Part shown: positions 34,751 to 53,315 of the stretch, piece after piece
Layout: every line of letters begins with the position of its first letter
Position numbering within the stretch: position 1 is the stretch's first letter
Origin: the human T2T-CHM13v2.0 reference genome, Homo sapiens
Assembly: GCF_009914755.1 (NCBI RefSeq)
Contig: NC_060945.1
Reading direction: 5' to 3' (one strand)
DNA: 64,000 nt
The notes under the pieces: generated by a model
Told to the model about the DNA's origin: nothing
Database searches by the model: none
Seen by the model: only the letters and a program-made list of their open reading frames with translations
Made by a program: the position numbers and the translations under genes

Positions 34751-36081
34751 GAAGAGGTTTTTTTGTTTTTTGGTTTGTGTTTTCCTAAAGAGGTGAGATC
34801 TCACTGTGTTGCCTAGGCTGGTCTTGAACTCTTGGGCTTGGGCTCAAGTGATCATTTAGCCTCAGCCTCCCAAGTAGCTGGAACTATAGCTGCGCACCCC
34901 CACATCCTGCTAGGTTTTCAGAATTGAAAAGGAATTCATAGTCTAGGTTCTGGGAAATTGGAACGGTGGATCAGAGCAGTGAGGATTATCTGATTAGGGA
35001 AGATAGGGATGGAGCAGGTCTGCAGCAGATGTACAGTGCATCCTCTGAACAAAGTTGTGGAGGAGGATGGGAGGTGGTAATGAGGAAAGGATATGGTTTT
35101 CATCGGTTTTCCAGAGTCTGCTGATGTATTCCTGTAGAAGGTACCACCAGTTGTTTGGGGAAGTGGGCACTCAGCAGCCCTATGTCTGCCTCAACCAGAG
35201 ACTCTTCTCCACTTACACTCTTCCTAACTGTTCAGTTGAACAGAAGATGTGCAGCTGAAAGGTTGGAAAAACATTGAAGTGGATAATATCTAAGTTCTCC
35301 TTTCAGTTGCGAGGCTAGTCTAAGTTTTCTAATCATGAATGTTTAGTAAGAATTATTTCACCATGTGGCTTTAGCTCACCAAGTGATATTTAAAAGCATT
35401 CTTCCATTAAATACCTGCTATTTTAAAAGGTTTATTACCTATTTATACACAAACTTGTTAGCCAAGAGCTATATTTTTATGGAAGAGTCTTGTTACCTTT
35501 CACTGACATTGTTATCTACCTGTATGTCCTGAATGCATGTTCAGGGTCTTAACTTCTGTTAGAAGGAATAATTTAAACAAGCTCATGAGTACTGTAGAAA
35601 ATATGGCAGACATTCATATTGAGCAAGTACTCTCTGGTCCTTGGAAAGTGCAGTATAGTCAGCCACAGGCTTCAGTTTGAAAGTCTTTTAAGAGTTAGAA
35701 ACTTCTGAATATGGAAGACTGCTTCTTGTTTGATTTTTCTCTAATTGTGAAATATTTCAAACATACCAAAAACTTGTGTGAGTCATGATATATGTACCCA
35801 CGTACCTACCACCCAGTTTTTAAAAAATGAAGATTTGGACACATTAGATTCATATTTGAACCATTATAGAGAGAGATGACTCCCATTCACTCTCTGATTC
35901 CATTTGTCATCTTCCCAACTTCTCTCCTGAATTTGGTATTTTATCATTTAATTGCATTTCCATATATCCTGAAACAATCGATAGTGTTTTTGCATATTTT
36001 AAAACTATGTAAATCATCTTTATAAATCCTTCTGAAACTTGCTTTTTACCTCAATATTATGTTTTAAAAATTATGATGATT

Positions 36082-36416
<335 letters not shown>

Positions 36417-36777
36417 TCAATCTAACTAACTGCCGTGTGGTATTATCTTATATGGTTATACCATGTTGTGGTAGTTTTTTTCTCCCAAGTGTATTTTTGA
36501 AACAAATAGAGGATGAGCAATCTACAGAGTTGGCATCAGCATGACTCCACAGTCCTCTTGGAGAAGAGTGCCCGAGGAAGGCGCAGGGCACTAGCCCAGA
36601 AGCACAGATAGAGACTAGCATGGGGAAGAGCTCAGGAAAAGGAGGGAAATGGAGAGAGCCATCAGACAGGGTAGTAAGTGTAGGAGTCAATGTGTGCTCA
36701 ATATAGAGGAAGCAGATCTAGGGTGTTCAAGGCAGATTTGGGATGAATCTCAAGTCTTCTAGTCATAGCATCACTCT

Positions 36778-37081
36778 ATTTTTTTTTTTTTTTTTGGAGA
36801 CAGAGTCTCACTCTATTGCCCAGGCTGGAGTGGTGGAGTGGTACAATCTTGGCTCACTGCAACCTCCACGTCCTGGGTTCAAGTGATTCTCCAGTCTCAG
36901 CCTCCCCAGTAGCGAGATTACAGGTGTGTGCCACCATGCCAGGTTAATTTCTGTATTTTTTATTAGAGATGGGGTTTCACCATGTTGGCCACCATGGTCT
37001 CAAACTCCTGACCTCAAATGATCTGCCTGCCTTGGCCTTCCAAAGTGCTGAGATTACAGGCGTGAGCCACTGCACCCAGCT
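36778..37081 (-). mobile_element. AluS-like element
   Basis: TSD catagcatcactct / cgtagcatcgctct. Confidence 0.9.
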
Positions 37082-37347
37082 CGTAGCATCGCTCTTAATC
37101 TGGAAGTTGACGTACCCCTGCTAGGCCGTGGATATGTAAAAAGGATCATTTAATTTCTCTGTGCATCTGTCTTCAAGTTTTACACTGGTCAGGTATGGAT
37201 CACTCCTCGTTTTCTTGCCTCCTCCTGCTCTTCCTCTGTGTGGGCACCTCCAGTAGGACCGGTCCGATTGTTTGGGTAAATCTAGCAACATTGACTTAAG
37301 CTTACTCCTCCCATGGTAAGTCAAGGAAGCACGTGCCCTTTTTCCTA

Positions 37348-38035
<688 letters not shown>

Positions 38036-38039
38036 ATCT

Positions 38040-38870
<831 letters not shown>

Positions 38871-39684
38871 GATACAGTATTTTTCAGTCCTAGAATTTAT
38901 GTTTTTTTTTTTAAATTCACAATCCTGCTTTTTAATTCCCTAAACATATTGATTATGGTTATTCTAAAGTTCCATTTTCTATAGCTTTCTATTATTGTTT
39001 CTCATGGATTTTAGTCATAGTTTCTTGCTGCCATATGTGCCTAATTACTTCTGATCAAATGCCAGACATTGTCTATATAGTGATCATTTGTGACTACAAA
39101 GGGCTTACTTTTGCATCTGGTAGGTAGATAGGTTGGGAATAGATGCAGTCCAAGATCACTTTAATCTATATAGAGAGAAAGTGATTTGAAACTGGCTCCA
39201 GTCCTTATGAGTGCTGCTCTATTTTTAGTTCATACCCAAGGTGTGGTCCTTCTGAGTCCCAACAAACAACCTGGGATGCTTTCCAGGGCACCTCGTCCGT
39301 GATGAGCTCCTGCCTCTCTGAGTCTGTCCAAGTTCCACTCAGTTCAGCTACTTGGTGATTACTTTTTGACTTCACTTGGCCCTCAGTTCTTCACTTCTGT
39401 AATGTCTTCAGATTTAAAGAAAAACTTTAATGTGATCTTTTTAGTTGTTCCCATTGGAAGAGTTGGTCTGAGTGCTATAATTTTGTCAGTGCCATAAATG
39501 GAGTTCCTATGTGTGTGTATGTATTCAGTTTAATGAACATATTTTTCATATTTTATTAAAAACTGAGATAAAATATTTACTACACATTTAAAAAGCCCGC
39601 TTTTAATTACAAATGAATGAGACAGTGGACATTCAAACACTGCTGTGGAAGCATATCTATACTCTTCAGCGTTAAGCATAATAA

Positions 39685-39985
<301 letters not shown>

Positions 39986-40263
39986 GCATAAATAATTTAA
40001 ATTGCAGTCAGATAGGCTCTACTTTTGTGTATTAGATCTGTATATTTAAGACCCCTGTGTTTGGAAACTTTAAGGCTTGGAAAGTGAAATCTCTACGTGC
40101 TTATATTAAGAACGACTGTTACCAGTGAATGGTGCCACCGTGCAAAATATTACTCTTCACAGATTTTCCTCACCTTTTGTTCTGTGTCACGAGCTTGGAG
40201 ACTGCCTGTATTTTTTTTTTTTTTTTGTGGCATCTGTTTTCAAGTTTTATTATGGTCAGGTAT

Positions 40264-40622
40264 TGTATTAGTCTGTTCTCATGCTGCTAACAAACACATA
40301 ACCGAGACTTGGTAATTTATAAAGGAAAGAGGTTTAATGGACACACAGTTCCACATGGCTGGGGAGGCCTCACAATCATGGCAGAAGATGAAGAAAGCAA
40401 AGGGACGTCCTACGTGGTGGCAGGCAAGAGGGTGTGTGCAGGGGAACTGTCCTTTTATAAAACCATCAGATCTTGTGAGACTTACTATCCGGAGAACAGC
40501 ATGGGGAAAAACCTGCCGCCGTGATTCAGTTACCTCCCACTGGGTCCCTCCCATGACACGTGGGGATTATTACAATTCAAAGTGAGATTTGAGTGGGGAG
40601 GACACAGAGCCAGACCATATCA
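40264..40622 (-). mobile_element. THE1-family MaLR solo LTR
   Basis: tgtattagtctgttctcatgctgct...gacacagagccagaccatatca; 5-bp TSD ggtat/ggtgt. Confidence 0.92.
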
Positions 40623-41239
40623 GGTGTGGATCATCCCTCATTTTATTGTTTCCTCCTGCTCTGTGTCGGCACCTCCAGTAGGACCTGTCTAGTCGTGGCA
40701 GCTGTGGGCTTTCCCAGCTGCCATGGCACAGAGACCTTGCCTTGGGATCCTGGGTAAGCTTGTGTGGCCCAAGTTGGGACCTAGTGGACTCTTTGGACCC
40801 GTTCTTTGGCAGCAAGGGAAAGGCCAATACCTTTCCAAAGGAATAAACACTGGCAGCTGTGTCCAGCTCACTTGGGTCCAAGGTCTCTGGTGTGTATCTG
40901 ATTTCTGGCTGGTGCCCACCTTGGAGGCGGTAAAAGTGACCTGACCAAAGGCAGACTGTACTGTACTGGATTGGAACCTGCCGGGCCCTTGGGGCTCCCA
41001 GCCATTGTGTCATGCCCTGTTGGGGTGCTTCTTCCTTAGCCACACTTGGTCCATTGTGGAGTCACCCAGCTGCTAACTGCCTGAAGTACTTCTTTGTCAG
41101 ACACTCCTTTCAGACTCCGGAAAGCTGATTTGCTTGAGCCCAGAAGTTGGAGGCTGCAGTAAGCTATGCCACTGCACTCCAGCCTAGGTGGCAGAGCGAG
41201 ACCCTGACTCTAAAACATAATAAAAGACCAAAAAAGAAA

Positions 41240-42400
41240 AAGAACAGCACCATCATCCCCAAACACTCCTCATATTATCCCTTTGCAGTCTCCCGGTCCC
41301 CCAGCTGATCTATTCCCTATCCTTATGGGTTTATCTTTTCCGAAATGTCATATAAATGGAATCATATAGCATGTATTTCGAGAATGGCTTTCTTCTTTCA
41401 GCGTAATGTATTTTGAAATTTATTCACACTTTTGCAAGTATCAATAGTCTGTTCCTCTTTATTGCTGAGTAGTTTTCCATAGTATGGTTACGTCACAGTC
41501 TCTTCATTCACTTGACATCTGGGTTGTTTCTAGTTTTTTGGTGATTAAGAATAAAGTGGCTATAAACAATTGTGTACAGGTTTTTATGTGAACACAAGTT
41601 TTTACTTCTCTAGGGTAGATAATCAAGTGGAATTGCTGGGTCGTCTGGTGAGTGTTTGCTTTACTGTATAAAGAACTTCCACACTGTTTTCCAGAGTGGC
41701 TATACCATTTTGCATGCCCATCAGCAATATATGAGTTTCTATTGCTTCACAGTCTTTGTCAGCACTTGACATTGTCAGTATTTTTAAAGCTTTAGCTGTT
41801 TGAATAGGCATATAGTGGTATCTCATTATGGTTTTGTGTTTCCTAACAGAAGGAAAATGATAACAGTGGAAATCAGTGAAACTGAAAGCAGAAAAAACAA
41901 TAGGAAAAAATCAGTGGGGCCAGGTGCAGTGGCTCACACCTGTAATCCCAGCACTTTGGGAGGCTGAGACGGGTGGATCACTTGAGGTCAGGAGTTCTAG
42001 ACCAGCCTGGCTAACATGGTGAAACCCCATCTCTACTAAAAATACAAAAATTAGCCAGGCGTGGTGGTGCATGCCTGTAATCCCAGCTATTCCAGAGGCT
42101 GAGGCAGGAGAATCACTTGAACCCAGGAGGCAGAGGTTGCAGTGAGCCAGTTGTGCCACTGCATTCCATCCTGGGTGACAGAGCAAAACTCCGTCTCAAA
42201 AAAACAAAAACAAAAACAAAAAACAGTAGAACCAATACCTGGTTCTTTGAAAAGATAATAAATTTGATAAACCTCTAACAAGACCGACAGTGAGAAAATA
42301 CCAAAGACACAAATTACCAGTCAGGAATGAAAGAGGCCAATCTCTATAGACTGCACAGACATTAAAGCATGATAAGGGAGTACTATGAACAACTGTATCC
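41240..42400. mobile_element. L1 fragments in opposite orientations (- ~41240-41845; + ~41845-42400) with an Alu at 41918-42225
   Basis: MRYHYMPIQTAK peptide (ORF2 C-terminus) on the minus strand; tggttctttgaaaagataataaatttgataaacctcta (ORF2 N-half) on the plus strand. Confidence 0.78.
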
Positions 42401-42409
42401 ATATCTGGT

Positions 42410-42820
42410 CATATGCCCAGTAGATGTTTCGGGCAACGATGGACCACATATACAACAGTGGCTCCATGAGATCATGATAAAGCTAAAAATTCTTACCACC
42501 TAGTGACCTTGTAGCCATTGTAACACAACACATTACTCACGTGTTTGTGGTGATGCTGGTGTAAACAAACCTGCTGTGCTGCCAGTCTTAAAAATCTAAT
42601 CCATATAATTAGGTACTGTACATAATACTTGGTAATGATAAATGAATGTTACTGGTTTATGTATTTACTGTACAATTTATTGTTATTTTAGAGTATATTC
42701 CTATTATATTTTAAAAATGTTAACTGTCAAACAGCCTCAGGCAGACCCTTCGTGAGCTATTTGAGAAGGCTTTGTCATTATAGGAAGTGTCAGCTTCCAT
42801 GCATGTTATTACCCTTGTGC
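42410..42820. mobile_element. Tigger3/MER7-like DNA transposon fragment
   Basis: gtttcgggcaacgatggaccacatatacaacagtgg...gtgtttgtggtgatgctggtgtaaacaaacc. Confidence 0.75.
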
Positions 42821-44409
42821 ACTACTCATCTTTGTTCCTGTGACCTGTAGGGGTAGTTGAGTGCTTTTGAGAATGGGTTTTTAGAAATTGTGTTGCCGAG
42901 TGAAGGACTTGGTGATATTACTAGGGATTTGGCATCTGTGATCCTAAGTGAGATTCTTCTGCAGCAGTGGAGTTCAGCCAGAGCCATATTCCGTACCTCT
43001 GTGATGCAGATTAATTGCCTCTCCTACACACATGCACATTTGAAAATTACTGCCTTGTAAACCTTAAAAAGTTGTGCACAAGTTGAAATTTAATAAGTGA
43101 AATTGTACAGTTATATCCTGAACCTGATGAGGATTGTCACTGCAGCACTGAGCATGTTGGTGTGGGTGGTGGCTGGCTGTGGACCTGGGAGTGTGCAGTG
43201 ATGGAGTGAGGGGGTGAACAAGGATGACGTACTTCCAAGGGGTACCCGGGTCAGTGCAGTGAATCAGGTGTGCTCATTGCATTGAGGAAGGGTTGGTTTT
43301 AAAAATGGAAGGCTTAGGGAAGAAAATAGTGATTTATAATATGATGCCATTCGGGTCAATTAAAAGTACACAGACACAAAGCAACATGCATTCTGCAGAA
43401 TATATTCTAAAAGACACTATAAAAAAGTTTCTAAAAGACACTATAGAAAGAAGCTATAAGAAAATATGTCTAAAAGACACTAAATGCAAAAAAAAAAAAG
43501 TCTGAAGAGATGGAACACAGTGGGGACACAGGGAATAAATAAATGGAAGGACAGGCAGATAAGCATGAGAGGCTTGGGAGGAGCCAAGTGAGCTCTTAAA
43601 GCAGAGGCTCTGTGCAGAGGGCAGGGCTTGGGCGCAGTGCAGGGTGGAGTAGGTGGGGAGGTTGTGGTAGGCTGGTGTGGACCAGAGCAGCTGCTTGGCC
43701 CACAGGCCGTGGCTCAGGCTCTTCTTCTGTAGGATGGCATATTAATGCCTACCCAGAGGCTTCCACTGAGGCTTAACTTAGATGTCAGATATTCAACGGT
43801 GTCAGTCTGTTCACACAACAAATCCTACAATAAAAAATACATCTAAAGGAAATACTCAATTATGTACTCAATAAATGACATCAGCCTGTGTCTTCTGATT
43901 CACAGCAGCCTTACTGCTTTGCTTGCTTGTTTTGAGAGAAGGGAGATCTTACAAAACACTAAAAACTCTACCATGTTCACCCAGAGGACAAGCTAATCAT
44001 GAGAATTGTAATATGTATTTCTGGTCTAAATAAAGTCTTCACATCACACATCCCCTGTTAGAACTTCCAGGTATGTGTAGGAAACCAAATAGTGTGCTTA
44101 CATTAAGAAGTGTTGTCATGATGGTGCATTTCCTACCTCATTCCTAGGTGGTTTAATTTGTTTTCAGGCTGTTTTTCCTTATGATAATTTACTGGAACAG
44201 CCGTCCTTTTTCCTCCTTTCCCAAGGACACCCCTTGGCCTGGGACGGCTTGTGTCCCATGGGTCCCTTATTGCAATACTTGTGAAACTTGAACCTGCACA
44301 GGAGTTACTGGAGGATCTTGATAAAGTGCGGATTTGGATTCTGTCAGTTTGGGATATGGCCTTAGAGTTTGCATTTTTGGCAAGCTCCCAGGGGATGGTG
44401 ATCACAATT

Positions 44410-44845
44410 TTTAAAATTTGAAGTGTTATTTACACACAGTAAAATTCACCCTTACTCTTCTACAGTGGTACAGATTTTTGACAAACGCATATGCTCATGT
44501 AACCACCACTACACTCCCAACGTAGAACAGTTTCACCACCCTCAAAATTCTCTTGTCTTTTCCTCACTCCCAGCCCCTGGCAACCACTATCTGTATCTGA
44601 CGCTATGGTTGTATCTTTTCCAGAATGTCATAAAAGTTGAGTATTCAGTAGCCTTTTGAGTCTGGCTTCTTTCACTCAGCAGCATGCATGTGAGATCTAT
44701 CCAAATTGCTGTGTGTATCAGTAGTTTGTTCCTTTTTTATTGCTGAGTGGTATTCCATTTTATGGGTCCATTATAGTTTATTTGTCCAGACACTTCATGG
44801 AAGGACATCAGTGTTTCCAGTTTTTCAATCATAAATTGATGTTTA
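44410..44845 (-). mobile_element. L1M 3' fragment just upstream of DIP2A exon 2
   Basis: cccctggcaaccactatctg...gtctggcttctttcactcagca...ttccttttttattgctgagtggtattcc. Confidence 0.8.
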
Positions 44846-44903
44846 ATTTTAAAATTTTGGAATTGTAGAAGAAATGCAATTCTTTTTTCCATTGTTGTTT
44901 TAG

Positions 44904-44975
44904 GTGACATCACTCAAAAAGGATATGAAAAGAAAAGGGCAAAGCTGCTTGCACGTTATATACCGCTTATTCAAG
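44904..44975 (+). CDS. DIP2A: DIP2A coding exon 2 (DITQKGYEKKRAKLLARYIPLIQ), 72 nt
   Basis: Acceptor gtttttag|GT, donor CAAG|gtaagg; continues the DMAP1-binding motif in frame. Confidence 0.97.
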
Positions 44976-45269
44976 GTAAGGTCAATACACTCAGGTGTTA
45001 CATAGCAATTATATTGTTTCATAACATGTGATTTTTAAATTGTTTTTAGAGTTTAACATTTGTTAGCAATGTTAAACCAACTTTAAACACTGGTATATGT
45101 TGATTATTGATTGAGACAGGGTCTCGCTGTGTTGCCCAGGCTGGTCTTGAAAAATATGCCTCTAATATTAAATAATAAAATCCAAAGGCATAGATTATAA
45201 TTTAAAGCTCTGGCTTGATACAGATCTCAGATCTCATTCCCAAAGAGGATTTATTTTATTTTTATGATT

Positions 45270-49100
<3,831 letters not shown>

Positions 49101-49202
49101 CATAAGGTGTAAGACTCTGTATTGTCCGTTGTGAACTTTAAAGTTGTTTTATCCAGTCACAAAAAGCCAAAAGCCAGTAGGGATTCTGCTCATTATGTAT
49201 TT

Positions 49203-49292
49203 TGTACATATATATACACACATCCAGACACACACAAACACACATGTGTGTGTGGGTGTGTGTGTGGATGTGTGTGTGGATGTATATGTACA
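49203..49292. repeat. (CA)n/(TG)n imperfect palindrome
   Basis: Arms pair around CACATGTG (49241-49248), bounded by TGTACATATA / TATATGTACA. Confidence 0.85.
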
Positions 49293-50743
49293 TATGTATG
49301 CTCACATTTTGAAGGGCTAATACTGATTTCTGTAGAGAGTGTTCCCATTCTCCAGTGCTGTATAACTGACCACCCCAAAATGTACACAGTACTTGAACAA
49401 CATCAGCAGCATCTGTTCTGCTCATAAATGTGCAGTGTAGGCCCAGCTCAAATGTTACCTTGTCCCTGTCCACAGAGCCAGAGCTGGGTGCTCAAGTCCT
49501 GGGCCAACATCCTGTGAGGGCTCCTCAGTCACAGCTGTGGCTGTTGGGGTGGGGAGACTCCTGCTGCCGAGCACCTGGCTCCCCACCCCTGCCTGTGTCT
49601 CCCTCTGTCCTCATGTGGCCCCTCCACTGGGGGGCTTAACACTCTAGACTTGGTGTGTGGTGTTGCACAGAGCCAGGTAGAGCCGTGTCGCCTTTCACGA
49701 CTAGCCTTGGAAGTCACACAGCATCACTTCTGCCACACTGCGCTTGTTGGGGCAGTCACTGACCTGCCCAGGTTTGAGGCAGCGTGGACTCTGCCTCTTC
49801 AGGGAGTGGTAAGGGCTGGAGGAGCCAGCGGGACTGCAATTCCTGCTGGCCAATTTTATGAAACATTTTGAAACAAAGGCTAAAGCTAAATGCATATTTT
49901 TGTTGAAGCACAGCTGCAGGTTTTGCTTTGTGCTGTCTGCAAATGTCAGCAAATTGGGTTCAAATGATACAGGGATTTTGTTCAGTGACTTGAACAACTG
50001 TTCCCCATTCCTTCGCTCACCGTAATGTGTCTTGAGGGCATCTGTGACCAGGGGACCACTGCCCAGAGAGTGGAGGTCCTGGTGAGGGAGTGTGGAGAGC
50101 AGCAGCGTGACCTTGATCTGCCCTGATTTGGAGGCGGAGCAAGTGGGTGGTGCGGCGAGGGCAGCTGGCCCGGCCTGAGCAGGTCCCAGCCTCTCAGCAC
50201 TTTGGGCCCTGACGCCATCTTTCTAATGCCCCTCTCGCTCTTGTTTTCTCTGACTTTTCACTTTTTTCCTGTTTGTATCAGAGGGCTACTGGTGGACCCC
50301 AGTGGTGGTCTGGTGAGCTGTTTCTCACTCAGGGTTTACCGACACTGTAGAACAATGCTGGGGACGAACAGCACGGACCATTTCAGACTTGGAAACGTAA
50401 TTCAGAAGTGGGCTTTGGGAGGGCTTTCTACCACGGCTCCCACCCCTGATGTGAGCTGCCATGTACTGTGCTGCCAAGGGTACAGGGCCAGCTGTTTGAT
50501 CATCACCCTTCATGCGGATGGTGAATGAGAGGCAGGGCTGGGTGATGTGGGGAGAGGAGAGCACGGAAGTGGATGTTGCCCTTAACCCACAGCATTTATG
50601 CGTCTATCACTGACTTCCAGATTAAAGGCTCTTTGATAGAGGGTATGCAACAGATGAGAAATGTAAGCTGTTTTCAATGGACTTTTTCATAATTGGAAAA
50701 GCAAATTGTTCACATAAGGTATTCCCATAAAATTGTGTTTCAG

Positions 50744-50863
50744 GAATAGACCCATCTCTGCAAGCAGAGAATAGAATTCCTGGGCCCTCACAAACCACGG
50801 CCGCTGCACCCAAGCAGCAGAAGTCTCGGCCCACCGCCTCGAGGGATGAGCGCTTCCGGTCAG
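50744..50863 (+). CDS. DIP2A: DIP2A coding exon 3 (GIDPSLQAENRIPG...SRDERFRS), 120 nt
   Basis: Acceptor gtgtttcag|GA, donor TCAG|gtaggg; RDERFRSDVHTEAV spans the junction with exon 4. Confidence 0.96.
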
Positions 50864-51949
50864 GTAGGGTCACAGCCTAGGCAGTGGGGGAGGTGGACGG
50901 GCCTGGAGCCCTTGGACTCTTGCCATGAAGTCTTCCAGTTATTTTTCCTTTGCCACAATATCTGCCAAAGAAATTATTTTCACATAAGCAGTAATGTACA
51001 TCATCATATTTTTTTCAAGAAAAACATTTAACCTTCACGTAACCACAGTCTGTTTTAATGTATGGTGTAGCTTTAGTGGCACTTTCTTAGGGGATGCCTA
51101 CAAAACTCTCTAGAGAAGTCTTCTTCTCACTCTTACTAGAATAATTTCTTTAAAACTTTTGTACACTTTTTACTTTGAAGTTGATACTAATAATTTTTGT
51201 GCTTTATGGAGCAGCTTTACTGCTAGGTGCAGGTGTTTTAGTATTTCTTTTTCTAATTTTGGAGATTTCCTTCCAATTAGATTTCTGCCACTCTGTTTGG
51301 CAGTGCTTTTATGAATATTTAAATTTGTCTCTGATGTTTTACTTGAATCAATAGAATGGCCATTGAAAAAAATTCACATTTTCTATTATAGTTTATATAT
51401 TAATAACTTGAGCACGTTATTCTATTTAATATTTTCACCACTGTGTGGTTGTATATTTTCTTCACATTTAAGCTCTTTTGACAGGCCTTTTTCAGAAAAA
51501 ATTTTAATAGGGATAATGGTTGTTTTAAGAATACTGAAAACAAAGATTAAGATTTTAAATGTTTTTTCAACAGGGAGTGTAAAGAAATAGTCTAAGAAAT
51601 ATTCGAACAGATAATGTCTTACCAATTTGATACACATTTATAAAAAACTTTATCATGTGGCAAACAGCTTCTTCTCTGATTGTATAAATAATATATGCTT
51701 AGTGTTAAATATATAAAAAATATTATACCAAATTTAAGGACAAAGTTAAAAATCACCTGATACCTCTGAATCCTGAGATGGCCGCCCTCAGCATTTCACT
51801 GAGCACTGTTGTCCTCATGCCTGGATGCAGATGCACGCACACATGTGTACTTTCCATGAGAGTGGTCCTAGAAAAGGTCTCCTCCTTTCTGCCGCTCCTT
51901 ATTTTCTACATGTCCCAGCTCTTCTCCCCAACCCTGTTCCCTGCTCATG

Positions 51950-52600
51950 GAAGTGATGTTAATAAACTGGTTTCTGCCCTTGTGAAGTTTATACTAGGTG
52001 TATTCTTTATCTTTTGAATACAGGTCTTTTATCATAAATATGATTTGCCAATATTTTCTCTCAGGCTGTGATTTGTCTTTGTGTTTCTTTAAAGTATCTT
52101 TTGAAGAGCAGAAGTTTTTAATCTTGATGAAGTCTAAGTTATCATTTTTTTAAATTGATAGTGCTTTTGTTCTTGTGTTTAAGATATCTTTGCCTAACCC
52201 AAGATTACAAAGATTCTCTCTTGTGTTTTCTTGTACAAGTTTTGTAGTTTTAGGTTTTTTAGTGCCATTTTAGTGCCCTTAAGTTTGTGATCTTTTTTTT
52301 TAGTTAATTTTAGTGTAAGTACAAGGTATGAATCAAAAGTTTACTTTTTTGCATGGAGGTAGTCAGCTGTTCCTGGGCCATTCCTTAAGCCTATGCTTTC
52401 TCCAGAGAATTCCCTTTGCACTTTTTTCTAAAAGCAGTTGCACATAAATGCGTGCATCTATTTCTGGACTCTCTGTTCTGTTCTATTGATCTATTCGTCT
52501 GTCTTTATGGCAAAACAGTGTTCTCTTGATGATCATACCTTAATAATAAGTGTTAAAATCAGTAGTGTTAGTCCTTCAACTTTGTTTCTTATCTGTGTTC
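51950..52600 (-). mobile_element. Old L1 ORF2 fragment
   Basis: tgatttgccaatattttctctcag...tttgaagagcagaagtttttaatcttgatgaagtc...tatttctggactctctgttctgttc. Confidence 0.82.
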
Positions 52601-52664
52601 TGTTGTATCTAATGTGTCTTTTTTCCTTCTTGCACCTTTAAGATTTTTCTCTTTATCACTGTTC

Positions 52665-53315
52665 TGTGGGCTCGATTATATCCTCTCTGAAATTCCTATA
52701 TTGAAGCCCTAACCCCGGTGGGATGCTATTTGGAGTTTGGTCCTTTGGGAGGTAATTAGGTTTAGATGAGATCATGAGGGTGGGGCCCTCACGGTGGGAT
52801 CGGTGCCCTTATAAGAAGAGGCATTGGCCAGGCGTGGTTGTTCATGCCTGTAATCCCAGCACTTTGGGAGGCTGAAGCAGGCGGAGACCAGCCTGGCCAA
52901 CATGGCAAAACCCCATCTCTACTAAAAATACAAAAATTAGTCAGGTGTGATGACACATGCCCATAGTCCTAGGTATTCTGGAGACTGAGGCATGAGAATC
53001 GCTTGAACCGGTAGGTGGAGGTTGCAGTGAGCCAATATTGCCCCACTGCACTCCAGCCTGAGTGAGACTCTGTCTCAAAAAAAAAAAAGGAAGAAAAAAA
53101 AAAGAGGCACTAGAGCTTGCTGGCCCCCGCCCTGCCCCATCAACCTGTGAGTACAATGGTTAGAAGGCAGATGTCTGTAAGCCAGGAAGAGAGCCCTCAC
53201 CAGACACCAACCATGAGGCACCTTGATCTTGGACATACAGTCTCCAGTAAGAAAAATTTGTGTTGTTTAAGCCACTTAGTTTATGCTGTTTTGTTATGGC
53301 AACTGAGCAGACTAA
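52665..53315 (+). mobile_element. MLT1A-like LTR with an inserted Alu (52826-53103)
   Basis: ttgaagccctaacccc...gaggtaattaggtttagatgagatcatgaggg; Alu TSD aagaggca. Confidence 0.82.
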
